Assembly (NCBI RefSeq): GCF_009834535.1
Contig: NC_045697.1
Span: 28,646,001 to 28,710,000 of the forward strand
Origin: Camelus ferus
Lineage: Eukaryota
DNA length: 64,000 nt
Reading direction: 5' to 3'
This document shows, in pieces, positions 1 to 12,976 of this stretch. The stretch's first letter is position 1. The number at the start of each line of letters is the position of its first letter. The notes under the pieces are model-generated. The model saw only the letters and a program-made list of their open reading frames with translations. It did no database searches and was not told the origin of the DNA. The position numbers and the translations under genes are program-made.

Positions 1-135
1 AGCTTTCTTTTGGCTAATGTTTGCATGATACATCTTTCTCCATCCTTTTATCTTCAATGTATATATAGTCCTTTAACTGGTGTGTTTAGACCATTTACAT
101 CTAAAGTGATAATTTGTATGGTTGATTTATAATTT
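1..135 (-). mobile_element. Old LINE-1 ORF2 fragment
   Basis: Resembles antisense L1 endonuclease-region sequence (tgtttgcatgatacatctttctccatcc...gtttagaccatttacat). Confidence 0.6.
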
Positions 136-229
136 TCAGTGACTAATTTTAATCCCACACCCCACATTCCTGAAGGTGAGAGAGGTGCGCTCATTGCTAT
201 TGATCTTTACCTAGTTTAGCTTCCATGGG

Positions 230-830
230 CCACTGCTGTAATCATCCCCTTGTCCTTTGCTTCCTGACCTTCCTTGTAATATGTCATCTTTGCCAAGACA
301 GCTCCTGTGCCTGCATAGTAGAATCTACCTGGAGAAAAAGAGTTGTGCTGACTGTTCTCACTGTGAACTGATAACCACTATTTTCAAGTGGGCCCTTAGC
401 ACTTGGCTGCAACCTTATATTTTCCTGATCATCTCAATCTCACTCTCTGAGGTGACTACTGGACAACTTACTTACCTCGGATCTCCAACAGCTTCTAATC
501 CCTCACAACTAATAAACTGATTTTTTTGTTTGTTTGTTTGTTTTTAAGGCCTGATGAGAGCTCACTCTAAGGCAATTGACAAGGAAATTTAGTTGTTCCT
601 GTGCTAATTTTTTTTTATATTATTGAGAGATAGAAGCAAGGAGCACTACACTTTTTCATTATCCAATGTGTCTGCCTGCCTGCATCTGCTATTATATACT
701 CTGTCTTCCCTCTCATCCATTTAAAGACTATGCTCCCATCTTCTATATTGTTAATTTCTCTCTCTTTTTTTTTTTTACATTAATCTACAAACTTGCTATA
801 TATCTATCTATCTTAAAGAGGAAAAGGAAA
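230..830. mobile_element. Degenerate L2 LINE fragment
   Basis: L2-like motifs (ctggagaaaaa...gctgactg...aagtgggccctt; pyrimidine-rich ctgcctgcctgcatctg). Confidence 0.4.
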
Positions 831-913
831 CCTTTGTAGATTTCTTTAAAGCTACACTGTATTCTAGGAGACAGTGAAGCAGTTTTTAACTGCTGATAGA
901 AATTATTTTCTAT

Positions 914-1027
914 GGGGGTGGGTATAACTCAGAGGTAGTGTGTGTGCCTAGCAGTCACGAGGTCCTAGGTTCAATCCCCAGTATTTCCATTTAAAAAAAT
1001 AAACCTAATTAACCAAAATTAAAAAAA
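914..1027 (+). mobile_element. tRNA-derived SINE, camelid type
   Basis: GGGGGTGGGTATAACTCAG (A box) ... GGTTCAATCCCCAGTA (B box) ... AAATAAACCTAATTA tail. Confidence 0.85.
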
Positions 1028-1499
1028 CAAATTATTTTCCACCTAAATTTTCATTCAGCAATCATTAGGATGGAATAAAACCTTTTTTTTTTTTTAAATT
1101 TCAAGATTCAGAAATGTTACTTATACATACCATTTTAAGAAGTTGCTTGTAGATGTGCTGTGGCAAATTGGAGTAGTATATCAAGAAATAAAGATACTTG
1201 AGGCCAAAGAGATAGTTGATCTAATCTAGGGAAGAAATACAGGAACGACTCATGATGACAACACAAAAAGAAACCAGCTTTATTGGAGCAATACAGAGGG
1301 CTTTGGGAGGGAGGAATCTTAGAAAAGAGGACTTGGTAAAATACTCAGTATGGAGACAGATTGTCCTATATCATGACCTCATTAATTCTTTCCATGTGAG
1401 CGGGGCCCCTGGAGTTGTACAGTTCATGTCCTGCCTGGATGGAGCAACTAGCAATGCACAAGAGAAAGACAAGTGTAAACCCACGGTAATAGGATTAGC

Positions 1500-1720
1500 G
1501 AACATGTTTTGGCTGTACAGTAAGTACCTGTTCTATGTACTTTCACATGTACTAATTTATTTAATCTGATTTTACAACAACCCTGTAGATCCTCTGCTCA
1601 TTTTACACATGAGGAAATGGGCAGAAAGTTTAAATAAATTGCTCCAAGTTAACACAGCTAGGAAGTGCCTTATTCAGGGTGTGAACTCCAGTATGGCTGC
1701 ATAGCTAGTACTCTTAGCTA
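1500..1720 (-). mobile_element. MIR SINE
   Basis: MIR core: acaaccctgtag...cattttacacatgaggaaatgg...aaattgctccaagttaacacagctaggaagtg. Confidence 0.7.
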
Positions 1721-4700
1721 ATTTTCCATAGGTCCTCTCAAAACAAAAAATACAGTAGTTAAAATACGCAACTTGGTACTTCATGAACAACTTTTGCAAG
1801 GCAGTTAACACTGATGATTGATTTAACCAAATGTAGTGATAAATCTGTATTGCAAGATTTGAGGGGTACCTCTTAGAATGTCAGATTTTCCTCTTCAGAG
1901 CCTTTTGTAGATATATCCAAATTTTTTATATTAAGAAATAATATTCAAATCATATTGGAAATATGGCACATATCCGGAGAAACAATTGAGAAAGCTTGTC
2001 CCTAAAGAGTAGGACCAGAGACTGGGAAAGGCTGGGTGCGCAGCAGACTGTTATGTTCATTATAAATCTTCTGTTTCCTTAACTGTAATTCATTCATTCT
2101 TTTCATAAAAATAAATAAGTGTATATTAAAAGGGCTTTCATTTTCTCCCTATAGTAATGTTTCTGTAAGTACACGTTGTGCTTCCTGCTTCTATGCTTTT
2201 AAAATTACTGTTTCTTCTTTTGGATAGGATTCTCTTCCATTTCTATAAGTTGAAATCTTGATCCTTCAGGTCCACCCCTATATGCTGCCACCTCAGTGAA
2301 CCTTCCCAAACCTCCCTTAGGACTCTATACATGTTCCAGAACTTAAGTACATTCTACCTTACATCCTTGTTAGTTATTTATCCAGTTGATGGTAAGCTCC
2401 TTAGACATAATCTTGTTACTCTCATGACATATGCAAGGCATTCAGTAAATATCAAATGAATTGAATTAGGTGTGTACTGAAGAAATAAATATCAAGAGGA
2501 GCAGAAGCAATGGGACTGAGGAGGCACCATCAGCAGCACTGAAAGCATCAGAAAGATGGCGCAAATTCGAGCTGGTCATTTTAGGTGGGCAGTAGTTTCC
2601 GCATTTTGTTTTCTTCCAGTCTCTGAGAAGTTTTGATCAAATGATGGGATTAACAGCCAATTTAGAAGTTACAGTGGTGAGCTAAAACTTCTTTCAGGAG
2701 AAGTTTGTCTGTTTAAAATAATCACCAAGTAGAGTCAGGTAAAGTTTTGCTCTTTTTCTACAGTGTGAGAAATTAGTGTACAGGTACTTTTTGTGGCAAA
2801 AGGAGAAAAGCCAATGGGGAGAGAGAAATTGAAGATGGGGAGATGGAAAATATTCTCTTTTTGGTGGGAAGAATGGGATACAGAACATTTATGGATTTTA
2901 TAATCAAGAAATACATTTTTAAATGGATTATAAAATGCTGTATAAAGCATTGTTACTGCTTTGAAGGGATTATTGTCTGGAGTATAGACGGCTGTAAATA
3001 TCCTGTAGTAAGTGGGGAGAACCATAGAGATCTTTCAGGGAACCTTTCTCATTTTAGTGATGAGAAACTCAACTTGAGATGTGACCTAACTAAGGTCATG
3101 TATACATTGTTAATGAATCATGAAGCTGAGATTAAGATTATCTCCAAATCCATGTTTTCCTACTCAGTCTGAAATCCCCTGTCTCCCTTCTGATGAAATC
3201 TTTTTTAACCAAATGTCACTTTTCTGAAACATTCCCTTTTAACATCTCTCTGAACTCCCTCTCATTCAGACACAGTAAATTTTTTCTAAACTCTCATAGT
3301 TCTTTGTGTAAACTTTTATTATGGCACACATCATACTGCATTAACACAGTTTGTTTTCATGTCAATCTTTTCCTCCTTAAGGGTTAGGATCCTGTCTTTT
3401 TTACGTTTATCCCAGCACAAAGACTGGCAGGATACTGGTGCTCAGTAGTGTCTTCAGATAGGAACTCTTGTTATCAACCATTCTGATCTGTGGAAATGGT
3501 CCCAAAGGTGCTATTTTTAAGCCATGTTAAAGATATGTAGGCAGTTTATGTTTATGGACAAAATTTTGGAAATACAAGGCATCTAAATAACCAAACAGAA
3601 ATGTAAGGTATCTTAACTCAAAAGCTCCAAAGGACTTGGGTAGTTACAGGTCTTAGTGACCAAATTCTAGGCCTCTATGAAAGCAGGCAAAGGGCTATTC
3701 TGAGAAATGACTTGGAAGAAAAGGAAAGTGAACTGAGTGTAAAATAGCTCTGTTTATAAGGGCCCTACATTGTATTTTTCTTTTAAGGGTCTGTATCTAC
3801 TCTACCTCTTTCCCATTCTTCTTTTTATTTATACCTTGTCAAATACCAAAAAAAATTTGAGGCAAGTGTGAAGAGCAAGTAGAATAAATTAATGGTGAAA
3901 TAACTGTATTAGGGTCACGGAGAAGAGAACAGAGAGTCAAGAGCAAAGGACAAGAAGACTAAATATTCAGGCAGGAAATTGTTATGCATCCCAGAATGCT
4001 TATGCCTGTCAATGGGGCCAAATCAAAGTATCAGTGCTGTGTCCAGTCCCACCTCTTGGATCTCTGGGTAACATCTATTTCTCTTCTTACTCTGGTCCTG
4101 TCTAAATATCATATAACCTGTTCACTAAATTGAAAAGGTAACTGCAAAATATACTGTATATAAAATAGTGCAGGAAAAAGGATTAATATTAATAAATATG
4201 TATTACTTAAAATGTTATATAAATTACTAAAATATGTAGATATGTTATTTAAATCTTACGGCAAGAGACTTGAGTTCATTGCTGCGGTCTGGTCATGAGG
4301 CAGTAGTTGATAGATTCTACTGTTACGATTTCCTTATAGCTATTCCAAATTCACCTTCCAGTTAGCTAGCACTTTGATAGATTGAGTTTTTATCAGTGGG
4401 ATGCTAGTCTCCCCAGATTCCTCCCTTACCCCTTCCTGCCGCAGTTGTGGAACAGTAACTCATTTCCCTATTTGATAATACAGATCAGTCACCTCCATCA
4501 TTATTGCAACATATCAGTGACATACCCAGTTTATTCAACACCTGTAGTGGATCATTTTTTAACACCCTTTATGCTAAAATATTATTTTCAGTAATCATGA
4601 AATAATAATAAAACACAGTGAAAAACACTTTATTGAACTTCATATGTGTATAATCATGTCAGTAAATTTTAGGTTACAAAGAGAAAAAGAAATAGACTAA

Positions 4701-5689
4701 TTTTAATTTACATTAATGTATGTTTTGAGAAGAGGGAAAAACCTACATGAGTCTGATGTACATTGAATATTGCAATTTTTATTTTTTGAGTCTTATCCAA
4801 ATTTATTAATGATATTGTCAAAATTGACCTTTCTGTACTAATGTTCAAAAAAGACTATACCCAGACTCGTCACCTATGCTCACTCTTAGTTGAGTGAAGA
4901 ACACTATTCATTTTAATTTTGAGAAGCATTGCATGAAGCAGCAGATAACAAATTGTAGGAGATGTCTTAAACATAAAGATAGGTGTGTCAGAATTTCATA
5001 AAATCCTGTATCACAGTGTATTCCAGAAATTGCAATACTGTCTGTTTTAGCTTTTCAGGACTGATTCTATCGACTTAGGTAGGAAAAAAAAAATTAGAAA
5101 TTCAAGTTGTCATACAGAATAACAAAATTGCAGTAACTAAAGTTGTTTCTTTATCTGGTTATTTTGAATCTAGGAGCTTCTGCCCGCTGCCTCCAATGTG
5201 GAAAGCTGTGAAGAGGGTGGTTTCCACCCTAACAAGTAAAAGGCAGATAATCCAGAAAGTCATAACTTTCCTTGAACTCACTGGAGAACTGAAGTAACCA
5301 AATGGCCTGAAATCTAAAGAAATGTGCCTGATACACAAAGGGAGTTCTGCCTGCTTACGGGTGATTTTACATGGTCCTCCATCAGCAGTCAGGAGGAGGA
5401 CTGGGTCCAGGTGGAGACCAGAGATAAGCCTTTCTTGGTAGTGCCAGTGAGCAGCTGCTGCCGTGGGAGAGAAACCGAGCCTCAGTGACAAAAGCGGTAG
5501 CTGCTTGGGAAGAGACCAGCCCTTCACTCTAGAGTACAAGCAAAGGTCAAATGAGGCTGGGGAAAGGAAAAAAAAATCCCTGTGCCCTGAGGAGGAGGAA
5601 AACATCCTCGAAAAAGGCTGAGGTTCCTCCTCTGCTGGGAGAGGGTCAGGACCACAGAGGAAGCCCCATCTCTTAGCTGGTTTTCTGCC

Positions 5690-5974
5690 AGCTGATCCAT
5701 TTCCTAGTGAGGCCTCTCTTCCTGGATTGAAGATGGCTACCTTCTTGCTGTGTCCTTACGTAGCCTTTCCTCAGTGAGTGCAGGTGGAGATAGAGTGTAC
5801 AAGTTCTCTGGTGTTTTGTCTTATAAGGACATTAATTCTGTTGAATCAGGGCCCTACCCTATGACCTCATTTAACCCTAATTACCTCCTAAAAGCCCTAT
5901 CTCCAAATACAGCCACACTGGGGGGTTAAGGCTTCAATATAAGGATTTGGTGGGGACACAGTTCAATCCATAAC
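5690..5974 (-). mobile_element. ERVL-MaLR solo LTR (MLT1A-like)
   Basis: Diagnostic gaggcctctcttcctgg...atgacctcatttaaccctaattacctcc...ctccaaatacagccaca...ggggacacagttcaatccataac. Confidence 0.85.
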
Positions 5975-6149
5975 GGGTAATAATCTGATGAGTGGTTTCA
6001 CCATGGTATTCATGGTCTGCTAAAGTCCCGTCCCTCAGACCTGATGGATTTTCACTGCTCTCTGCCCTAACCAGCCCCAGGAGCTCATATAGATTACCCC
6101 CATATACCTGAGGGTCTGCTGCTGGCAACTATTTCCAGTACCAATTTAT

Positions 6150-6630
6150 TATGCAAAAACCAATTCTAGCTAACTCAAGAAGAAAATAAATTTATTAGTG
6201 GGGATTGAGTAGCTTAGACTCTCTTGGAGGTCCAGGAAATTAAGCTCAGAGGTTACAGAGCCAGAAGCAGTGCTAAAAATAATTTCATAGAACTGGTCCT
6301 TGAAGATCCAGCTTCCACTGCCAATGCTGGGACACCCCAGCCAGCCTGCAGCACTGATACCACTGATGGCAGGTGGTGAACACTACTGCCCATCACTTCC
6401 AGGATGGAGTGGTCCCTGTTCTATTGTGTCACAGTCCACATCTCAAAGTAGGTACAGGTGTTTGGTTGACAGCACCCGGGTCATATGTCTGAGCCATAGG
6501 TGCAGGGGAGGCTGGGAAAGTAATGGTTGGTGTTTTCAGCTTCTGCAGAGGGAAATGGGCTCTGCCTCATTGCGTAGTGGTTGTGGTGATGGTGGGGTCA
6601 TTCCTCAGACAAAAGGGCATTCAGTATACT
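6150..6630. mobile_element. Old MaLR LTR (MLT1J/K-like)
   Basis: tgcaaaaaccaattctagctaactcaagaagaaaataaatttattag... and cacccgggtcatatgtctgagcc...gggaggctgggaaag motifs. Confidence 0.5.
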
Positions 6631-7484
6631 GACTGTTAAAAAATGATGAGAAAGTTTTATGATAGATGTGGCCTCTTTGGGGCTGAACTGTATGGGAATG
6701 TGAGGAAATGGAAATTTTGTACTGGGCTCAAGGAAGACTAATTAACAGAAGTAGGGTGGTTGGCCCAGATCCTGGAAAACAGATACAGCAAGCAAGAGCA
6801 AAAGTATCTGAGTGTCTTTGATCGCTGCCTGAAGATGTTCCGGTGGTGCTGGGGGCTGCCAGTCTGCTTGAGGGGGACATCTGAGAGCAGGTGAGCACTC
6901 ACTGTGGCCAGGCATTCTGCGAAGTGCTTTCTCCCTTTTACCTTTATGACTATGAAGCAGTTGATATTTTACAAGTGAGAAAACTGCATTGTGAAAGGGT
7001 CTGTAAGATTTCCAAGTCTCACAGTGCCAGGCATACCAGAATAGAGATGGATTCCGCAGGCAGTTGCAGCTAATGGAGGCTTGATTATGAAGATGATCCA
7101 GCCAGCTCTTCCTGTAGAGTCTGCACTTCCAGACTTCATTCAGCTCAGCTTCCCACAGAGACTTCCCAAGCAGAGAGAAGGAACTGATCAGTCTTTGTGA
7201 ACATGCTGGCCCCTGGTTTACACATAGTCTTTTCTGTCTTTGGTTAATAAGGCCAGCCCCATGAAGAAAACTGTTTTTAGACCCTCCTTGCTGAGAACTA
7301 GACTGACCCCAGCAAATAACCCTCAGAGGAGCAGAGGTCACTGATGGGAAGGTGGTGTGCCTGGAAACTCAGTTATTGGTAATAATGGTTCTTTTGACAT
7401 GACGTGTATTTAACAGTCTGGTACTTAAATAGATGCTGCTTTGTTTTGTATAGTTAAACTTTTGGGGGGGAAGATGTCTCATTT

Positions 7485-7950
7485 ATCTGAAATTTTGCTG
7501 GGGTACAATTTACGTATTATAAAATACATCCCCCTTAAAAATATACAATTCATTGATTTTCAGAAGATTTACTGAGTTGTGCAGCCATCACTACAGTCCA
7601 GTTTTAGGACATTTCCATTGCTCCAGTAAGATCCCACGAACCTCTTTAGTTTGTAGCTGCAGTCAGCCCTAGTCCCAGGCAAGCACGAATCTACTTTCTG
7701 TCTCTCTCGATTTGCCTTCTCTGGATAGCTGATATAAATGGAAGCATACCGTATGTAGTTCTTTGTGTCTGGCTTCTTTCACTCAGCATGTTTCTGAGCT
7801 TCATCTGTGTTGTAGCATGATCAGTATTTCCTTCCTTTTTCTTGCTAAGTAGTATTCCATTGTATGTTTTTTGTTTATGTATTTGATGTACATAGATCAC
7901 ATTTTGTTTATTCATCCATCAATTGATGGAGACTTGGTTAATTTTACCTT
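7485..7950 (-). mobile_element. L1MB-type 3' end fragment
   Basis: Antisense L1 3' UTR: agttgtgcagccatcactacagtccagttttaggacatttcc...ctggcttctttcactcagcatg...catccatcaattgatggagac. Confidence 0.85.
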
Positions 7951-10900
7951 GGTTTCCTTACGATGTTGTTTGCCGAACTGCATGGAAGCAACAGAAAGCA
8001 ATAGGTAGCATCATCCCAGCTACGCCCCACTGTCTTGTATGCGTTATCCTTTTCTTTCTCCTCTTGTATTTCACTTACCATTAAGTTCCAGAAAGGTGTG
8101 ATCCTCTCAGAAACCTGGTGGAAAAGGTTAGGCAGGAGGCACTGAGTTGTGTGGTCAGACTGGGTTGAAACTGCCCCTTTCTTGCTGAGGGGACTTGGGC
8201 TTATTGTTTTACTTCTCTGAGCTGAAACAGCATGTGTAAGTAGAGATAAACATGGTTACCTTAGGGGGTTATTGTGAGAATTAAATATGCCGGTGTATGT
8301 AAAGTGCCAAGGTTTTGATAAGTTTGTATTTTTACTGGCTTTGGGTGTTTTGTGGGGCACTAGAGCTTAGGCAGAACAAACTGCCTCTTCTGTGCCTCCC
8401 TTTCTTTTAGGTAAAACAGAGCCAGGGCAGACTAGGCACTCAAGGACCAGCACTCTCTGATCTGATGGTTAGAGTGGGAAAGGTACTGACTGGGCAGTTG
8501 CCTAGGAGACTGACTAATCTTGCCCCATGAGGTGAAAGGGGCCCTGTGGAGCAGGGGAAATGAAGAGCATGTCAGGGGTCTGAGCTTTATGAAGCCCAAG
8601 GAAGCAACTCTTAATCTGAATTTCTAAGTAGGAAAATACTCTAGTCTTTCCCACGTAATCGTCCCATTCCAACACAAATGAAGGCCTGTGTACCTGGCTC
8701 ACATCCTAGTGGGGGGCCCCTCACAGCCTCCAGAGCTCCCCAACTGGACTTTTCTTGGGGCGCTTGCTCTTCTGAGTATCCAGGAGAGGTGATAAGGCCT
8801 CCCAGGCCTGCTGGATTTTGCATTATTTTAAGGCATATTTCCATCATCACCTGGTTGCTTCCACTTGATTGACACTGTAAGGTACTCAACCCAAGCCTTA
8901 CAGGGTTCCTGCCTGAATTTACAGAGCAAATGTTTCTGTGCCTCTGAGCAATCTGTGCTCTTGATTAAGCTTTCCTAAGGGATAGAGAATCTAGTAGAAA
9001 TGTCAGCCCTTTCTGGGCTTCTCTGCTCAACTATTATTGTTGAGAAATATTAATTATAAGCAGGGATATTAAAATGAAAGTGACTAATCTGCTCCCTCCC
9101 ACTTTCAGAGCCCTGTTCTCCCCAAGGCCAAATGGTAACAAGGGCCATGTGTTTGCACAGTGGCTTTCTTCTTGTTTCTACTTGTTATGGAATAGTTATT
9201 ATTTCTTTCATCCTTCTATATGACGTGTAAAATTTAGGTAGCTCTGATCTTCAAAATAATGCCGAAATTATCAGTAGGATACACATTACCTACATCACGC
9301 ATCAATGAAGATCAGGCCTTTGGACAACAAACACTTCACTGCCACGTATGTTACCGTTAGATGGACAGGTGGAACTAGCAGGAGACTGGAACTGATGTAA
9401 TAGACTTCTAGAAAGAGGCATGCCCTGCTGTCCAGAATTGTAAGCTTCCTTGGGCAGGCAGGCCAAGCTGCCAAATGGTCACTGAATGCAGAGACCCTGT
9501 GCTCCGGGGCCAAGTCTACAGACTACCTTTAAAGAGCCTTCCTGTAAAATAGTCTCAACATGTGAGGTAGTTTTAGGGGTACCAGCCTTCTGCCTTTCAG
9601 CTCTTAACCTGAGGTGAGTGGCAAAGCAGCAGGTTCCGCTTTTGTCTCTGCAGCTGACCTTTCTCTTGGAGGGCACGCTCCACCACAGGCCATGGGAAAC
9701 CAGATAGCAAAACTTTCAAAACCTTCCTGGGAGGAAAAGGGTTTCAGGAGTTTTTGGGGGGTGGGGGTGGGTGGCTACCAGGGTGATCTCTGCTCAGAAA
9801 GTTTCAAAACAAAATTCAAGGGGACGCTGCCTAGGTCCCCATCAAAATTTGCTTCTTGGAGAAGCCCACTAAGTTCCTACAATTTGTCCAAAGAAACCAC
9901 AGGAATTATGGACACACCTGAATTTGTGCTTTGGATGGGGGTGCACTTGGGAAGGTGGGTGACCAAGGTTTGGGGGCTGGGACCAGGTGTTCCAGTGTCT
10001 GCAAATAGAGCAATACTTTGCATAAGGGAAGTGCTCAAGCAGTGCTGCAGAAAGAGCTGTGTCCTCTGGCCCTTGCCTACCCTCACGACTCCCTCCTCCC
10101 AGGGGGCTCCCAGGCTAGAGAGCTGCCTCTTGCATCATCAGGTCCAGGTAATCTGGAGGTGGGCGACTTGCCCAGCCCAGTCACTTCTTTAGGGACTGTG
10201 TGCTCGTAACAATTCTCAGAATTGCACATCTCCAGAAAAGGTGAGGATTTTCTGCTTCTAAGCAGCTATGAGGTCTCTTAAGTCAGTGTATTACCTAGAG
10301 CAGCTTTTGTTGTCCTATTTGCTTTATATTGCTACTCCTTCTAAGGCACCGTTTTTAGTGTTTTTAATGTCAGTCCCTGTCATTGAGCCCAGTGTGTTCA
10401 GAATGGTTACCCCCATCGTTACATTTTTACTGGCTTCCACAGATCTGGACCTTTGTGCTGTGGTGCTCCTTATGTGTATAACTGACCTCCAGGCAATTGC
10501 TTTCAAGCTTCTCCTGGATGGAAGAACAGATACAGTGCTGTTTCTTAAAAGGACACATGGTCTTTGCTAGCAAAAGGAGTAACTAGAGAATGAGGGAGAG
10601 GAAAGTGCCTTAAGTTGGAATCATTAATTAAAAAAAAAGTTATTTGAGAAATACCCCAAAACTGAAGTCCTGATCACCAGCCTGGCCCAGGTTCCTTAGA
10701 AATGGTTCCTTGTGCATGTTCCTGTTGGACTTTGAAATAAGACACAAAGTGAAATATGTGGTTATTACTCTTAGGGGGATGAAAACTTGAAGCTCTGGTT
10801 TACAGGCTGAGGAAGTGTTTTATGTACATCATTTCCATTGTTTTACACTGTTGCTGACTTGTAGCAAACTTTTAATTTCTTGTAGACAAAGCCATCATTA

Positions 10901-11480
10901 TTTAGGCAGGCTGCAAATCATGTCGTCAGACTGCTAGACTTGTTGGTCACCAGTGGTTTCTACTGAGTTAGTCATGTGAATACTGAAGACAAAGTCTGGA
11001 CAAGGATCCAAGGGTGGAGTGATAATCCCACTGAGGGTAAAATACAGAACCAGGCATGAGTTTCTCTTCTCATTCTGTTCACCTCTTATTCCAGGTATAT
11101 TTATGTAATCTGCTTGCTCTCCATCAACTAGTTTTTGACCTAAATGTACATGTCCAGAATTTGCAAAAAATAGATGTATCAATGGATAGTATAAATGAAA
11201 GGCCATTTTTAAATTCTTAGATTAAAAAACTTCTCAAGTTTCTCAAATGTCCATCAGAGTTTATCTATTTAATGTTCTCCCTCAGTTGATAGAAGTCAGA
11301 TCAGAGTAGCAGTCAGGAATTTTGAAGGTGGCATTTGAATCCTTATGAAGATATGCAGACTGACTCCAGAATCTAAACAGAAAATATGCAAAGATGTTTT
11401 ATCAGCTTGTGACATACCGGGGTGCGGGGGTACATAAATATTCAGGGCTCCACACTACTATATAATGCTGCATTCTTGGT

Positions 11481-11486
11481 TTTATT
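11481..11486 (-). terminator. Distal polyadenylation signal AATAAA of PDS5A
   Basis: tttatt on the + strand; GT-containing sequence (tagtagtgtgg) follows ~25-35 nt downstream on the - strand. Confidence 0.75.
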
Positions 11487-12464
11487 TGAAACAATGCATA
11501 TTTTTAGCATTTTATGGTAGGATTTTACACTTGTCATTTACACAAATTACAAGGTTCTGCTTCAAGTCTTTAAAAAAATTTTAAAAATTCAGCCCATGTG
11601 CAGCACAAGAATATGCAAAACTACTTTACATTATACACACTTTTTATCAAAGGAGATACAAAATTCTGGCTTGTAGTTTTAGACAAATACAGGAAGCTTC
11701 AAACTAGACACAAAGGGTTAACATTAATTCTCAAATATAAGTCTGCACTTTGTGTTGTATTTCTCTGAGATGTGAATACCAAATTCCTAAGGGACTTTAC
11801 TTTTTCCTTTTTCAAAGGAAAAATGACAAATTTCCCTTAAAACAAGTCCCTCCTTCATCAGCTCAATCTTTCATCATCCTACTCTCCCTTCCCTTAGTGT
11901 CAGACACTTGCTTCATATTAAAAAAAATTAGGGGTGGGCCATTTCCATATGTATGTGGACCAGACCTTTTAGGTAACTCCTCTCCTGCAAAAATCTGATC
12001 AGCCATAACTGAGGCAAATGGTCTGTTAACGTTATGTTACGTATGACTTCATACTAGGTAATCTAGTCAGCTGCGATGCTGAGTAATTAGTCAAGGAGAT
12101 AAGAGAGATGGAAGGTCCTTACCAGTGTGCTTTATATTGGTGGCAGATTGATGGCCTTAAGAATCAAGTTGTCTGATGCTAAGAGAACTTCAAAATCTGA
12201 TTAGAACATGCCCACTGATTGCTTGAGGGACTTCTCTGATGCTTATGCATAGATATTCTTTTTCAGCATGTTGGAGGCATTATTTTATACTTTCTTTCTA
12301 CAGGGTTATGAAGAGGCAATAAGGAAGAGTAGAGCTTTTTCTGCCCTTGTAAAAGATACTGTTTTCTATCACTGGTATCCATTGTTCCCTAACCCTCATC
12401 TGATAACTAAGTGTGTGTATATGCATATTTAAAAGAATTACCCATCTTTCATTCAGTCAATATA

Positions 12465-12863
12465 CAGCCAACTCTTGATTATCTATGAGAACATAAGTGA
12501 CATTTACTACCAGCAACTTGACATTTAACATAACCCTTTTTTGACACAGTTCACGTTCACTGTTTGTTTTACATCGCAGGTAGACTACAGCTTGTCAAGA
12601 TCAAGTTATAACAAATATTTTTGTCCTCGAACCCACGCTAGATGTGAGCAAGGACACTGAGCACATTCAGGTAGGGCTTTGGGGCAGGGCTTTAAGTGGA
12701 GTATGGGGGCAGGTGATGACTCTGGGCGTGAGACAGGACCAATCTCAAGTTCCTCCTAAATTAGCTCTATGGTATGCCTTCATTATTTTAAGTTTATGAC
12801 TACTGCAAAATCCAAAACCAGAGGCATAGTCACTATTTTATATAGATAATGGAGAGTTGACTG
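12465..12863. mobile_element. TcMar/Tigger-type MITE inside the PDS5A 3' UTR
   Basis: 22-bp terminal inverted repeats (cagccaactcttgattatctat / atagataatggagagttgactg; 19/22 match) flanked by TA on both sides. Confidence 0.75.
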
Positions 12864-12970
12864 TAATCATATTCTTTGTTTATGACTAGCCCTTTCACAT
12901 AAAAAATTTCATAAGAGAACATAATATGATAAAAAGATTAAAAAAGACTACCATATGACATCTAGAAGCA

Positions 12971-12976
12971 TTTATT
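12971..12976 (-). terminator. Candidate proximal poly(A) signal AATAAA (others at 13060-13065 and 13386-13391)
   Basis: tttatt hexamers on the + strand inside the 3' UTR. Confidence 0.45.

Noticed and set aside
914..990. tRNA gene-like sequences (also at 16850, 18240, 42530 and 45591)
   Set aside because: A and B boxes are present, but each has a SINE tail, some have TSDs, and the stems have diverged; these are SINEs, not tRNA genes.
4020..5150. Possible ancient DNA transposon remnant
   Set aside because: AT-rich and suggestive, but I found no terminal inverted repeats, TSD or transposase motif.
5159..5670. 148-aa ORF on the - strand
   Set aside because: The sequence looks like an old L1 5'-UTR-type fragment; no homology recognised.
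9614..10570. + strand ORFs of 192 aa and 100 aa
   Set aside because: No recognisable homology or splice structure on the + strand; consistent with chance ORFs or shadows of the - strand exon-like blocks.
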